Positions 1-13,199 of a stretch of DNA of 64,000 bases are shown here, piece after piece. The stretch comes from Ruditapes philippinarum (lineage: Eukaryota), in NCBI RefSeq assembly GCF_026571515.1, contig NW_026858491.1, forward strand, positions 1 through 64,000, read 5' to 3'. The position numbers and the translations under genes were made by a program. The notes under the pieces are model-generated. The model was given only the letters and a program-made list of their open reading frames with translations, did no database searches and was not told where the DNA came from. The number at the start of each line of letters is the position of its first letter. The first letter of the stretch is position 1.

Positions 1-2046
1 TTAAGCCGCTCATAATTATTTCTAAATTAAAGGGAGCTTATCAGGACATAAGATCAATAAAATGAAGCGTGCGTGATTTAGTGCCCTTATAACCTATTTT
101 TAGAACAATCTAAAAGGGATAACCAATTATCGGGATAGACAAAGGGAAGCAACCTGTAGATCTTAAATATGTAACTTAATTCAGTTATAAAAATGATAAC
201 TGCTTTAAGTTACACCCCTGACTGTATTTCTTGAAAAGTAATTATACTATCTAGCGTTTATTTTTCTATGAATCAATAAATTGCTAAATGACCATGAATG
301 GCCGTGAATTCTCGGAAGATGTATGTTTATTATTATCATATTGCCCCCAACTGCCGCTAAAAAAGAAGTGTGGGCACCTTAAGAAGCTGATCAAACTAAA
401 ATAACTAATTACATTGATAGTCTTCTCAGTGAATCCACCCCATTAGAAAATAACCATTTAAGTTGATTAACAAATACAGAAAGAAAGTTTTGATGGCTTT
501 TTTTATAAATGTCTTGTTAAAAGTGCATATTTTTGATACTTTGTATATAGCACCACAAAGCACCTGGTACATTATCATCCAAAATCATGTATATTTAAGT
601 AAATATTTCCGTGACATACCGACTCATATTTTCCCAGGTTTATACTTCAGTTTAAGTATTTAACTGTGACCGTTGTTAATCTAGTAATTTATATTTGGAT
701 AAGTAAAACTAGGATCTTCTTTGCCAAATGTTCTCAGGTGAGTGGTGCAAGACCAGTATTGCCTACATTTGTTAGTTTTTTGTTTTAATTTCATGTTGAC
801 AAAACAATTGAAATTTAACATATGAATTATTTCGTTACATTCATTAGCTTAATATCCTGTTTGTGGTGTTAAAAAATTTGTTGCTCTTGTTGCATTTTTT
901 TATTTAATTTGTATCATAACGCACATCATGTATTCTTGGAAAACGTCGTCTGTTTAAATAAAAAGCAACAACAAAGGAACGATCTACATGTAAACTGATT
1001 CGAAAATAAAGACGTTTGCACTAAGCAAGAGTGAATAATTCCATGCTTTCAAGCCAAATACCAGCAAATTCGGTATCAAAATGTGCAAAGAAAGAACTGA
1101 TAGCGGATTGTGTGGTCGTATTAATCTGTAAACTGTGTTTTACTTGGAAAGCGAAAATTAAAAATATTATTTTGCCCCATTTGTATCAACAACCCTGATC
1201 GATTACTGAAAGGAAACATATTGTAAGATTTAATTAACTCATACGGAAAAATGCGTCTCATTGAAAGGCTTTTGTAAATTAGAAATCTAACCTTTTCATG
1301 TAAATTGCTGAGTTCTACTGAAGCAGGCGCTAGGGGCGTGGACGGTAGCTTGTATTGAACGTTTTTGCTATTGATGAAGTTCTGTAAAAAGTCTTTTTTC
1401 CTCTATTTAATAACTATATAGTTCGGGATAGCATGACAAGTAAAACTTAACAAACAAACAAACATACAAACAAACAAACAAACTCGACTGTTGCCTTCTC
1501 GCAGAAATCTCGCCTTGTGCAATAACCTATTTTTATGTATGTTGTGTAATTATCCTACATGCTTTCAGTTGTAGTGAAAAACTTCTCTTCACTGCAGTGT
1601 TTCTGCTTTCAGTATTCAACCGTGGTTTTGCCATATGTTTTTCCATAGTCACTTTGCTTAGTTATGACATACATTTTTTGGATTTATCAGCTTTTCTATC
1701 TTCCCACAATTATTTTGAATTTTGTCTTCACAGGATTGTCGTGTTTTTCCATGCCTCTGCATTTAACAGCGACTTCGTCATCTTATAATGATTTCGTTTT
1801 CTTTTATTGCATTGGACTTGCAAGGTATCTTTACACAGTAATTTCAATCTTTTGTCCCTGCAATGTTCTTGTCCACTTTAATCAGCGGGTTTTCCCCGTC
1901 TGTGTATTCACAGTTATGAAGTCTTCTGTTTTTATAATTGTGTTTTGTTCCTGTGTTCTCGCTGTCCTTACTGCCTCATGTACTACTTGTGAAACATTTC
2001 CTTTATCATTCGGAGTATTAAACCTTTTAGGAAGATTAAAAGAATC

Positions 2047-2184
2047 TATCATTGGGGTAGATACAGGATAGGGAAATCCCAACCCGAGGGTGATCGGGTC
2101 AAACGGTATCGAGCCCTGGTGAGTTCCCGATGGAACTGATTGTCCGAGAGCTGGGATTTCTCTATACTCTATCAACCCAATGGT
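2047..2184. mobile_element. Imperfect long hairpin, terminus of a non-autonomous DNA element (paralogous copy at ~50565-50702)
   Basis: The left arm ATCATTGGGGTAGATACAGGATAGGGAAATCCCAAC is an imperfect reverse complement of the right arm GCTGGGATTTCTCTATACTCTATCAACCCAATGGT. Confidence 0.55.
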
Positions 2185-3088
2185 TGAAAATTTTTCTTAC
2201 TCAGCAGGACATATAATTTTTTATTAGTCAAAATACTTCTAAACTACTATGCGCATTACAGGCCGGGCGGTGCTTAGGCGCCTGACTTTCTATGGTTGAA
2301 AAAAGCATTTTACTGTCTACAAACAAATTTACTGATCCAGTTTATGTGTTTTTATATGAAATGAAAATAAATTCTGGTGAGATTCGGCACCAAAAAGCAA
2401 GGTTATCATGATAAAATACATCCATATTTAAAGTGGAAAATGCCATAATATTAGTGTTTATAAGGAATTCAGTTCATACTTCAAAGGTTGACAAAAAGCA
2501 TTTAATCGTTTGCGAAGATTTTTCTACTGATTCAGTTATTTGGCCAAATATTCAATTCAAATACATTAAAATAAGATTTGTCATTAAAAAGCATCATTAT
2601 CATTAAAACGTGGATGATTTCCAGGCCAAAGTGTCATAATATGTGATTTTACGAAGAATTTCGGGATATATTTAAGAGTTCTAATATATTTAAGTGTTCT
2701 ATTTTTAGTAACAGATCGATAAGGAAAACAGCGGACCTAGATCGAGTAGTACTCATTGAAGCGTGAAAGTCATTATCATTTTTTTCGATTCCGTGGGCAA
2801 TTCAATAGATAATCTCACATAGTTGGTACAAGATTTGACCTCATGATGTTTCTTTATTGTCAAAATAGAGTGTGTAGAAAAACGTGTGTGTTTATTACAA
2901 ACAACACAAGAGCAATAGAAATTTACAATAATGAAAGTATTGTTAATCGCAAAATGTTGAAATCAATTATTTCATCTATACTAGAGTGTGAGTAAGAATA
3001 TCTCAATAGGAAAATGTAGATTTTAAGCTTTGTGAATTTGAGAGGGCCTTGCAAGTAATTTTAGTCTAAAATCGTTCTCCATGGCTAT

Positions 3089-3644
3089 TGTAAAGGATTT
3101 CGGATAACAACTAGACTTTTCGAGTATTCGCTTCTATATATCTTTTATTTTTGCACATCAGCATAAAACCAAGCGATTCTCTGAAACAAATGATAAACTA
3201 ATTAACTAATACATTCATTTCTGATATAAACTTAACAAATAAATAAAAGAATAGAATAATTAAATAATTATTTCCTATGACGAAGAATCTTAAAAAACAT
3301 AAGTACAGATAAAAACCATAAAATAAATTATCGTAAAAATTGATTTAAATTAATAAATACCTCATTAGAAAATACTTTTTATCCGTAAACAAATAAATAA
3401 AATAATTCAAATAATTTAAACAGCTATCATACCGACTATAATGTCTTTAAAATACTGTTTCAGCTTTTAATTAACGTTTAACGCTGCTACATATAACGGA
3501 AGTTACCTTTTAAATTCATGACAAACAATTACGTCAAAATGATGCGCTAAACTGTTCAGCGCGTAACGTTAAATGAATTGGCGCCAAATAACGTTTAACG
3601 TAAAAATATATTTTAATTAGAATCGGTAATAAACGATTCTTACA
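3089..3644 (-). repeat. 3' LTR of BEL/Pao element
   Basis: TGTAAAGGATTTCGG...ACGATTCTTACA, a direct repeat of 7639-8192. Confidence 0.93.
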
Positions 3645-3813
3645 GTGCCCTCCATGAAATTCCTTAATTTCATCAAATCACTTAATATCAATAGACAATA
3701 TATTATCGATACAAAAATGTAAATTGCAACGAACTTTATGTTCATAAGAATGATAATATTCGCAATAAATCATGCATTATATCAAAGTACTTGCTAATGT
3801 TAAAACAATCTGT

Positions 3814-5593
3814 TTAATACACAGTATGTATCCTTTTAAACATAACGTAATCATGTGAAATATTTTCAGAGTAATACAATAATTTGTCTGAACATTCTAA
3901 AAGGCACAAATTTGTGATTGGCCTTATCATAGCCGAGTCCCTAGTTTGAACTTTACATTTACGAATATGCCCATCCCTACCCTTTATGACTTCGGTTACT
4001 CTGCCTAGTGGCCACTGTCCTCTAGGAACACTATTGTCTACCACAAGCAAAATGTTATCTACATGTACGTCTCTAGGGCTGAGGCTAACGACCGTCGGCG
4101 CACGTTCAGATTCCGGAATCGTATTAAGTACCCTCCGCTTGTTGCTTATCCACTTTGTAAGTCTAGTGCCACCTAAGCTCGTCAGGGACTGTAAATCTGC
4201 TGCAAGTTTAACAGCTTTATCTTCAGAATCTACAGACTTCAGGCAGTCGTCTACGTAAAAGTTTCTCTTTAGAGTTGATAATACTGCAGGTTCAAATCTC
4301 TCTGCATTGTCAATGGCAGTTCTTCTCAGCGCATACGCAGCGCAGCTCGGAGAAGAAGTTGCTCAAAATAAGTGGACTTTCATACAATAAGTCATGGGTG
4401 TTATAGATAAATCTCCACCAGGCCATCATAGAAAACGTAGGTCATCACAGTTCCTCTCACATAAACGTACCTGATGAAACATTGCCTCTATATCAGCGGA
4501 AAGAGCTACCTTTTCTTGTCGAAATCTGGTTAATACGCCTTCAAGACTTTTCATCATATCAGGACCTTGTAAAAGTTGACTATTTAGTAAAATACCTTTA
4601 TATTTTGCCGCACAATCAAATACAACACGCACTTTTCCGGGCTTATTCACGTTTGCTACAGGATGGTGGGGTAAGTACCATATGTGTTCTGAGTTCGTTT
4701 CCTTATTTGTCAATTCTTTTGCGAATCTTTTATCAATATAGTCTGTCATTGTTTTGGTATACATCTCATGTAACACGTTGTCACGAGAAAGTTTTCCTTT
4801 CAGGTGATTCAATCGCGCATGCACAAGCGCTAAATTATTCGTCAATTTTGTGTCATCCTGTCGCCATGGTAATCCCATCTCATAGTGTCCATTGAAACAA
4901 AGTGTAGATTCCATAATTCCAAGTGCTCTCTTATCTTCAACTGACATGGAATTTTTCCCATTATAGGATGCGTCATTGCAGTCTGACGTCCACATACGTT
5001 CAATTTGTTGTTGTAGTATGGCGTCATTTGACTGACCGAAATGAATGTTAATTGAGGTTCTTCTGTTGTCTGTTTTATTATGTTTTGAATTATTACATGG
5101 TATTGGTCCACGAACTGTCCAACCAAGTTGCGTTCTCACTGCATATGGCTCATTACTACTTCCTGTTCGTATCTATAGTGGAATATGTGTCACCGGTGTA
5201 TCCGTGCCAATTAGTAACATGACATCATTAACGTTCACGTTCGGAATAGTCAAGTCACTTATAATTATATAGTATATTTCTAATATCATCGGCAGTAGCT
5301 GCAGAATGCGTAGAAATAGGCAATTGTTTTACTGTCCAAACATTGTGAAGCTTTCCTTCACTTTCACCGGAAATAGGACTCACAGTTAGGTCAACTTCTT
5401 TTCCGTGTATTGCGTTCCTTGTTGAATTAACAGTTGAAATCTGGAAAGTAACTGGCCTACTAGATTTATTCAGCTTCTGTATAAGCTTTTCGTCACACAG
5501 GGGGTTTTTCCCAAAACCAAACGTCAAGCAGGGCATAGGGTTTAAGAAGTAAACCTCCCCAAACCCCCAAAAGTTATAAATATAAAACCCCAA
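3814..5593 (-). pseudogene. BEL/Pao pol remnant (protease region, reverse transcriptase, integrase C-terminal tail); RNase H and integrase core missing
   Basis: ORF fragments RTQLGW, WYLPHHPV.N.NKPGKVRVVFDCAA, LLQGPD, LTRFRQ and ADIEAMFHQV; FYVDD at ~4246-4260; C-terminal PRGQWPLGRVTEV..GRDG.IR...V. Multiple stops and frameshifts. Confidence 0.9.
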
Positions 5594-5926
5594 ACATGTT
5601 TTAGAAAAAAAGAGCCATTTTTGGGCTTCACCCTTTAAATTTAAGGTTTCTTTACAGCCTTTTTCAGAAACCCCACCCGGGGAACCCCAGTAATTTAAAG
5701 TGTGATGTTTTTTGCAACAATCAGGTTTTAGTACAAAGATTTTTTCTTTCCTTCATTCACTAGACAAATAAATTTCTTTAAGGGCTGGGAAAAACAAACT
5801 TTCTTAACAAAATAATATTATTTCTTTTTATCTGTTAAAAATTTATTTCCCTTTAAAAACCCATGACATATCTAAGTTTTAAGCCCTAAACCCGAGCAAA
5901 AATAAAAATTTTTTTTCCTTCTTTGT

Positions 5927-7057
5927 TTAAACACTTTCTATAAAAGACGACAAGGTAGTTATTTTGCCTTTAACATAATTATTGGACTCACTATGGGGCT
6001 GTTTTTTTACTTGGGATGGTGCATTTTCTTTAACAATATCAATACCATATACCGAACAGGCAACACGTGATCTTTCTTCAACAAATTTCAACAATTCAAA
6101 GAATCTCGGCTCTTTGCCGCACTCATAGATTGTATGTGCAATATCTGCCCACTTGGTTCGCATATGCATAGGCAAACGTCTAACAATTTGTCTTAAGTTT
6201 TCTGAATTATTTACATCAGAAACAAAACCTAATTGGGATAAGGTCATATGACATCTTTGCATATCTAATGCTAACTTAAATAGTTCGTCAATATCATAGG
6301 CTTTAATTTGAGGGTCATACAAAAGTTTATCAATGTAATTTCTGGCAATTACATGTGGCCTACCATAACGTGACTGTAAAATAGCTTTAGCTTGTCTGTA
6401 CCCTTCATTTGAATCTAACAATACGCAATCTTCAATACATGATTTCGCCTCACCATTACAATATTGAATAAGGTAGCTTAATCTAAGTCTATCATCACTT
6501 ACTTTTTCCACTACGTTTGTCTCAAAATTCTTGATAAACTTGCAATAATCTATCGCAGAACCATTAAATGTTAATAATTCGGGCTTTGGTAAGTTAAACC
6601 CTTCTTGTAATATTGTTGCTAGTTTCTCGAATGCTGAATTACTGCTATCACTCGAGCCGGAAGTTAAGGTATTGTCTGTCTTACCATTTAAATCTTGTAG
6701 ACTGTTCTGTAACCTTAGATACGGGCTCACCATCAATCTGTTCTGTAAAAACACATGAGATCCTGCACTAGCTGAAGTATCACGTGGTACATTTGTGTGA
6801 CCGGAAGTAGAAGCATTTATGTCACGTTAATTTTCCTTATGCGTATGTTCCGTAATTCGTGCACTTACTGAAATTTCTTCGTTAATCTCAGTAAAGACTG
6901 ACTCCTTAATTCTAGCAATTTCTATCTCGCTCTCCTGTTCTAATAGTTCACGTTCATTCTCTATTTCCTTTTGCTGCCGTTCAAGTCTCTGTTTTTCTCT
7001 CAACATTTTTAATCGCTGTTCTGCAACAAGCCGTTTTGCATAGCTGCACGTGATCAC
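5927..7057 (-). pseudogene. BEL/Pao gag remnant (coiled-coil N-terminus plus LPKPEL..FNG capsid-like region)
   Basis: ORF 5927-6754 (LPKPELLTFNG, RLSYLIQYCNGEAK, L.SRYG, RRLP...KW) and the E/R/K-rich coiled-coil ORF 6827-7057. Confidence 0.88.
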
Positions 7058-7638
7058 TGTAACGAACTAGCTCTTGTGCGCACAGACGCGTAATCATCGT
7101 CTGCTGCCGAATCTAAACATTTAATCCACTCCGTATAGTGTTCCTTACATTCAACAAAATTGTTTTGCTGTGACTTACATAACTATTTTCTAAAGTCTCA
7201 AAAGTTTCCGTATCTTTGCACAAATCCATACATTGTAAATGTACTATTTTGAAAAGTTCGTATCTATTACATAGACGGTCATATAATTTTTTTCACTTTT
7301 TTCTGTATTTTCATAAGACACCATTTTGGTTTTCGATTTCATTGTAAATCTTTGTCAGTTGTGAAAGATGTGCTGTTTGCGTTTTCTTGCACTCATAAAA
7401 ATCTGTTTGTTCCATAGTTAATTACACTTTTAGAGTTATTGATTTATCATCACACGAATTAACTTGTATTAATAGTAAGTTTCTTTATCTAATTTTCTTC
7501 AAGTTATAAGTATTTTAGAAACCTCTGTCACAAACCGCTTATTCTTCTATAAATATATGTAATTTCTTTTCCATGAATCTGTAATTTCTCATCCGCAAAT
7601 ATCAAACTTCTAGTCAATCACGATGACTAGTCGAGAAT

Positions 7639-8192
7639 TGTAAAGGATTTCGGATAACAACTAGTCAGACTTTTCGAGTATGCGCTTCTATATATCTTTT
7701 ATTTTTACACATCAGCATAAAAACAAGCGATTCTCTGAAACAAATGATAAAGTAATTAACTTATACATTCATTTCTGATATAAACTTAACAAATAAATAA
7801 TAGAATAGAATAATTAAATAATTATTTCCTATGACAAAGAATCTTAATAAAATAAATAATCGTAAAAAATGATTTAAATTAATAAATACATGAAATACTT
7901 CATTAAAAAAATACTTTTTATCCGTAAACAAATAAATAAAATAATTCAAATAATTCAAACAGCTATCATATAGACTATAATGTCATTAACATCGAAACCT
8001 TTAAAATACTGTTTCAGCTTTAACGTTTAACGCCGCTACATATAACGGAAGTTAACTTTTAAATTCATGACAAACAATTACGTCAAAATGACGCGCTAAA
8101 CTGTTCAGCGCGTAACGTTAAATAATTGGCGCCAAATAATGTTTAATTTAAAAATATATTTTAATTATAATCGGTTATAAACGATTCTTACA
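7639..8192 (-). repeat. 5' LTR of BEL/Pao element
   Basis: TGTAAAGGATTTCGG...ACGATTCTTACA followed by the TSD GCTAT. Confidence 0.93.
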
Positions 8193-9494
8193 GCTATTAT
8201 CTGAAAGTAAACCTGGCAGGGGTTTATTACATTATGCAAAACATATCCTTTCAAAGTTAATCTATAAATATAAATAATAGTTAATACACCCTTGGGAAAA
8301 GTCAATTGCAATAATTTGAATCGTTTGAGAAAAATGCCCAAGATAACAAGGTGAAATAACACATGAAATATCTCTAAACTCTTTGTGTTTTAGTTTTTAA
8401 TAAAAGTTAAATAGCATTTGTCATATCATTCGTGTTAAGGGACTCCAGGGGCGTCGCCAATTTTGCAATATAATTCTGGGCCTTTCGGGCTTGAAGTGAC
8501 ATTCTAAATATTTAACTTTAAAACCTACTTAAGCTGTTGTGTATAAGATATGCAACGAAATAGGGACATTTATATCCACCTTAAATATTTTTGTGACCTG
8601 TCAAAAGTCCATATAGAAGATGGTGAAAATATTTTATTTAGAAGCGTATACAGTAAAATTTATCGTTACATTCAATTGTTATATATTAACAAGATTCACA
8701 CACATTAACATTCCACACACATTTACAAAACCACACACTTTCACATGACATACACATGAAACAAACCTTTACATGACATAAATCATCAATACAAATGATG
8801 AAAATAAAAAAAAATAAAACACTCAGAAAAAGAATATTTTATCGGATAACATTTAATTACATCAGAAGATATTTAAGTGGAAAGAATGGATTTAGCTAGC
8901 TTAGCTGACAGTTACAGTAATGCTAATATTTTAGGTTTTGTTCATTTGCTTTTCAATTCAATGAATAATTGTCATAGTTCTAAAAACGATAAAAAATTAA
9001 AAAAAAGGTGAAAAGGGAGTTTTCAACATCTTATTTGTACATTATAAAATTAAAGAGTGAGAGACATGCGTCAAAGCTTGTCCCCCTAGAAAATTTACAA
9101 AACTTAAATTTAAAAACATACTTTTATATGAAAACTTTAGGAAAGGCATACATTGTTTTACTTGTGTATATAATGTAAATCAGTTATCTACATGTAGTAT
9201 GCAAAATATGACTTGATAAATTCCAGTTATCAAATATTTACCCAATAACAAAAATAGTTTGACTATTTTTGTTTTATGTAATTATGTTGCTCAGTTGTGC
9301 TTTATAAAAGCTAGAATAATTTTTGTTTACTTATTTCATGTTATTTCTGTAAAATAAAATCGGAAAACAAACAAGATCAAATTACAAAGTTAATGTTATA
9401 AGAAATATGGCAGAAAGAGAAGTAACTCATAAACTACTATCCAAAAATTTAAGAAGATGTTCATTTCAATTTATTTCTGTTTAGTTCTTGCATG

Positions 9495-10444
9495 TTGCAC
9501 CATAGGGATATCTGAAGATAGAATACAAAACATAAAATAATTGATCATTTTGCCTACAATCAGAACATGATACTATCGAATTTACTTAAAACAATGTTTA
9601 AACACACTTGTTTAAAAATTCTTTGGTTTGTCGGGCAATTTAAAATCATTCATAAATAATTACAAGTGTAAAATTGAAATGTTTTTCATTGATTAAATAA
9701 AGGTCAGGTAAAACATTGTATCAGTTAGTGATAGTATGAAAATTATCAGTTGAATAGTTAATTGATCTACTTACCGAAACGAAATGCTGCACAAACTATA
9801 TCATTCAATGTGTGTAGCCGTTTATAGCATATCCACCGCAGCCTCCCTTGTGCATTTCAAACTGGTAGAAGTAATTACATGGAAGATATTTCGAAGCTTT
9901 TTTACCCACATCTATCCAACTTCTCATTAATTTAGTATAGCAGCATCGCTTGTAATAACCATTTGGATCGTTGTTGTTAGGATTGACAAAGAAAGCCAAG
10001 TAGCTATTTGGATTTGCATCACAGTTTTTAAAAGTGTAGTCGACGTCGTTGGCTCTGTATCCCTGTTTAGTTTTGCTTTTAGCAATAGATGCTGGTAAGA
10101 ATCCAAGATATATGTAAGGACCCATTGTTGCATGGTTTATTGGTCTGGCATAACCAAAATTTGAGCTGTACTTCACATTAAGTGGTACGGAAAATGTGAA
10201 GAGATCTGCTTCATCACAGTATCATACTGATGACCATTTGAGCGCAAAAGCCTTACTAACACTTTGGAATGAGATCGCCCAAGAAGTCCGAAATCGGCGT
10301 TTGCAGCCTCTTCTTTGGATATAAATGTGTAGCCATAGTTTCGGTGAAATTCGCAATACACTTTTTATTGCTCGCCTCGATTATTTTAGAACGAATATTC
10401 GCCACTTTTCCTTTCATCGAGTTTCCTTTCACAGGAACAGGAAG
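9495..10444 (-). pseudogene. Pseudogene copy A of the uncharacterised secreted-domain family
   Basis: Main exon 10444-9775 is homologous to 55570-54890. It has two TAC>TAA stops, frameshifting deletions (ORF pieces 10173-10361 and 9805-10176) and a deletion near the C-terminus. The terminal exon starting at 9511 has lost its stop (TAA>CAA). No signal-peptide exon was found, and homology to copy D ends at ~10712. Confidence 0.9.
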
Positions 10445-13199
10445 CTTTCAATAGGCAAAATATCACATAAGCTTCTCTTAATTTGAATACATTATAGATC
10501 TAGGCACAATGTATTTAAGACAGTATAAACTGTACAAAGTAGTGATAGATATTTAAAAGTAATAACATACTGTTGACATATTTAACAATAAGTGAAGTCG
10601 ATTTTTAATATGCAGGTTATGTCAATTTCAGTTTATATATATTTTACTTATAGTCTATATAAAACAGTACGCTAAGTAACTGAATAAAGAAATAAAAAAT
10701 AACAAACATGACAAATTTAATCAAAGTGCTGCAGCACTGAATGCGACGGACATGCAACCGGAGAGACACCAAGGCTTCTTTTAGAAAAAACAAAACAAAA
10801 TAAAAACAAAACACAAAATATATAACAGAGAAAATTTGTTCCATACAAGTTCGAGATTTGTAGAGCAATATATTTTGTGTCCCAAATTGATATAATTCAG
10901 ATTTTCTACTTTCAAGCACTTAAATACAGAATGAAATTTATGCCTAAAAACTCTGGTCAAACTTGTAAATCAGTGTCCTTATCGATTTATTCTAAGAAAT
11001 GATATGTAAATAGAAAAAAAACTATCAACGAAATATTTTCTAGAATAAATCCAGGCAAATAAACTTCAAACATAATACATTGTACATTTGAGAATGCTAT
11101 TTAGAATTGCTTCGTGTTTATATCATAGTGGCATACAGACAATAAAATATAAGTCATTTGTATTTTTATTTCTCTTGGATATGTCTCATTAAAAAAAAAT
11201 TGGTTAAAATCATCAGCAATTAATAGTGTATTTCTTAGATTTTTTTATTTACAAGGTAAAATGATGTAGAGGCCAGAGCACATCGTTTTTATTTTAATTT
11301 AAATGTCACTTAAGCACTACAGTGTTTAGTTGTCCTTTTCAACTTCACACTAAATTCCATTTTCAACTTGTTTGCTTCTTACAATTGTATAGCATTTCTA
11401 AAACTATTGCATTACAATCCGCTAGTTGTACTTCCTAATCGCCTGTCCAAAAATCAGAACAGTAAAGCAGAATCTATTTTTAGAATATCGAAGGTTAACT
11501 CATATCATGACCTAGTAAAATATGTAAACAAACCACAAGAATCGGAAGTAGAACTGATATTATAACTTCCTTACCATGATTTCAAGACTACATGGCGGTA
11601 AAGTGTCTTACATGCATTTTTCAAAAAATAGATATTTATACTAGCCATTGAACTGTATCTAATATATTAATAACTGCTGAATATTCAGCTAAACCCGCGT
11701 ATGAGTCACGAAAATAGTTCTTCTTTTATTAATGCGCGAGTTATCCTAGAGTCAAAAAACTTTGATTTGTTAATAATAATGTTTTGTATAATGTAGAAAT
11801 ATTTATTTCCTACTAATAATGTCTTGGAACTCAGAGGTTACACTTTATTGTAGTATAATTTGCTGTCCTACTTTTTCGACAGCGGTAAATCGTTTCAGCA
11901 GTAATTTGCATATTGCGCAATAATACTACGGGACTACAACGTTTTTATCAATAATATACGTTCATATTTTAACTTGGATAACTTAATTTGAAATTGAAAA
12001 GGCTTAATATGGAAGACATTAAGATATCCAGACAAAGTATGGGAGTTTTGAAGGATCAAATTCATGTACTATTTCTTGGGCTGTTAATTGGTTTAGGACA
12101 CATTGCGCGAGTGTAGCCAACGAAATCCCATGTGTAGATGACTTAGCTCTGAACGCGCCTGAGAGCGCGTCCGTCGCAAAAAGCAGGCAACATACCCTTA
12201 GGATGATTATACAGTATTCAAGTAGGAATACTGGAACCACCCAAGTTGAAAAAGGCCAAATAGAAGAAACTAAAAATGGCACATAACACATGTAACATGT
12301 ATTCACAACAATTCAGTCGTGCTGAACGATCTTCAAGGATCGAAAATATAACATCTTTGATTTAATGAACGGAGAGACTTTTTACGGCCGCCACACGGCA
12401 CAAATAACACTGATGTGACCATAAAGTCACGCATCCTTCAAAAGATCCAAGGGAAATAAACCGAAAAAGTAATAAGGCTTATGCTTCAACAAGTCAAAAT
12501 TGTTAATATCAATTTTGGCAAAGATGAAATACTTTGAACAAATATATTTTAAAAAGAAAAGGAAACCGGGTTCTTAAATATTTAATTTTTAAAAAATATA
12601 GGAAGATTTTGTGACAAATTTAATTTATTCGTTAAACAATGTTCATTATCATAAATTCTTTTCCAAAATTCGTTTCTTCACAGACATCGACAGATAAATA
12701 AACATCTATGCCATTTGTCATACCTATAAACAATGGCTGTTAATATTTGCCATTGTTTTGAGCTCTTATTTTATTTGCATTTGCTGTCAACAAAAATGGT
12801 ATTGCTAATATTACATTACTTTTAATAACAGTGTGATATTCTTCTCAATTGGAGTAGATGTCATAGATTCATCATATATATTAGATTAAAAATAAAATGA
12901 CCAAATTCTAGTTTCTTGTTAGAAATCTTTGTAATAGATAATGAATGCACATTATTCTTTTAAAGAAAACGCAACTAATTCTACTTAAGAAAAAGCGAGC
13001 AAGAGTTTTTAACGTTAAAAAATGGTTTTAAAGCATATGAGGTGCCTTTCATCTGCAGAAAGTAGCAGTGAATGTTGCTTGTCATAAAAATAGCGGAATA
13101 TAAACAAAGCAGTGTTTTACTTCTATTTAAAATACAATATAACTGCTCTTATTCAGGTAGGTTGCAAATTAATAAGTTTTGAAAATTAAGACAGGAAAC

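Larger units (their letters stand above)
3089..8192 (-). mobile_element. BEL/Pao LTR retrotransposon, internally deleted and decayed
   Basis: Two ~555-bp LTRs with TG...CA ends (3089-3644, 7639-8192) and a 5-bp TSD GCTAT (3084-3088, 8193-8197). The empty site CCATGGCTATTATCTG is present in the paralogous block near 51577. Internal gag, protease, RT and integrase C-terminal fragments carry BEL-type motifs. A purine-rich GGAGGGCAC lies before the 3' LTR on the minus strand. Confidence 0.95.
553..10712. repeat. Segmental duplicate (unit A) of ~49440-55846, interrupted by a BEL/Pao element
   Basis: Colinear similarity read by eye, e.g. 553 CCACAAAGCACCTGGTACATTATC vs 49440 CCACAAAGCACAATGTACATTATC. 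The 2040-2200 hairpin matches 50560-50715, and the exon/intron region 9480-10712 matches 54590-55846. End points approximate. Confidence 0.85.

Noticed and set aside
1882-2175. 97-aa ORF (and overlapping 1664-2071, 50155-50577) as host genes
   Set aside because: They overlap a palindromic repeat terminus, show no recognisable domain, and the paralogous block carries indels across this region.
5500-5930. Homopolymer-rich stretches (also ~22150-22900 and ~30660-30900) as special low-complexity elements
   Set aside because: They look like low-quality long-read consensus interrupting otherwise recognisable sequence, so they were treated as probable sequencing noise.
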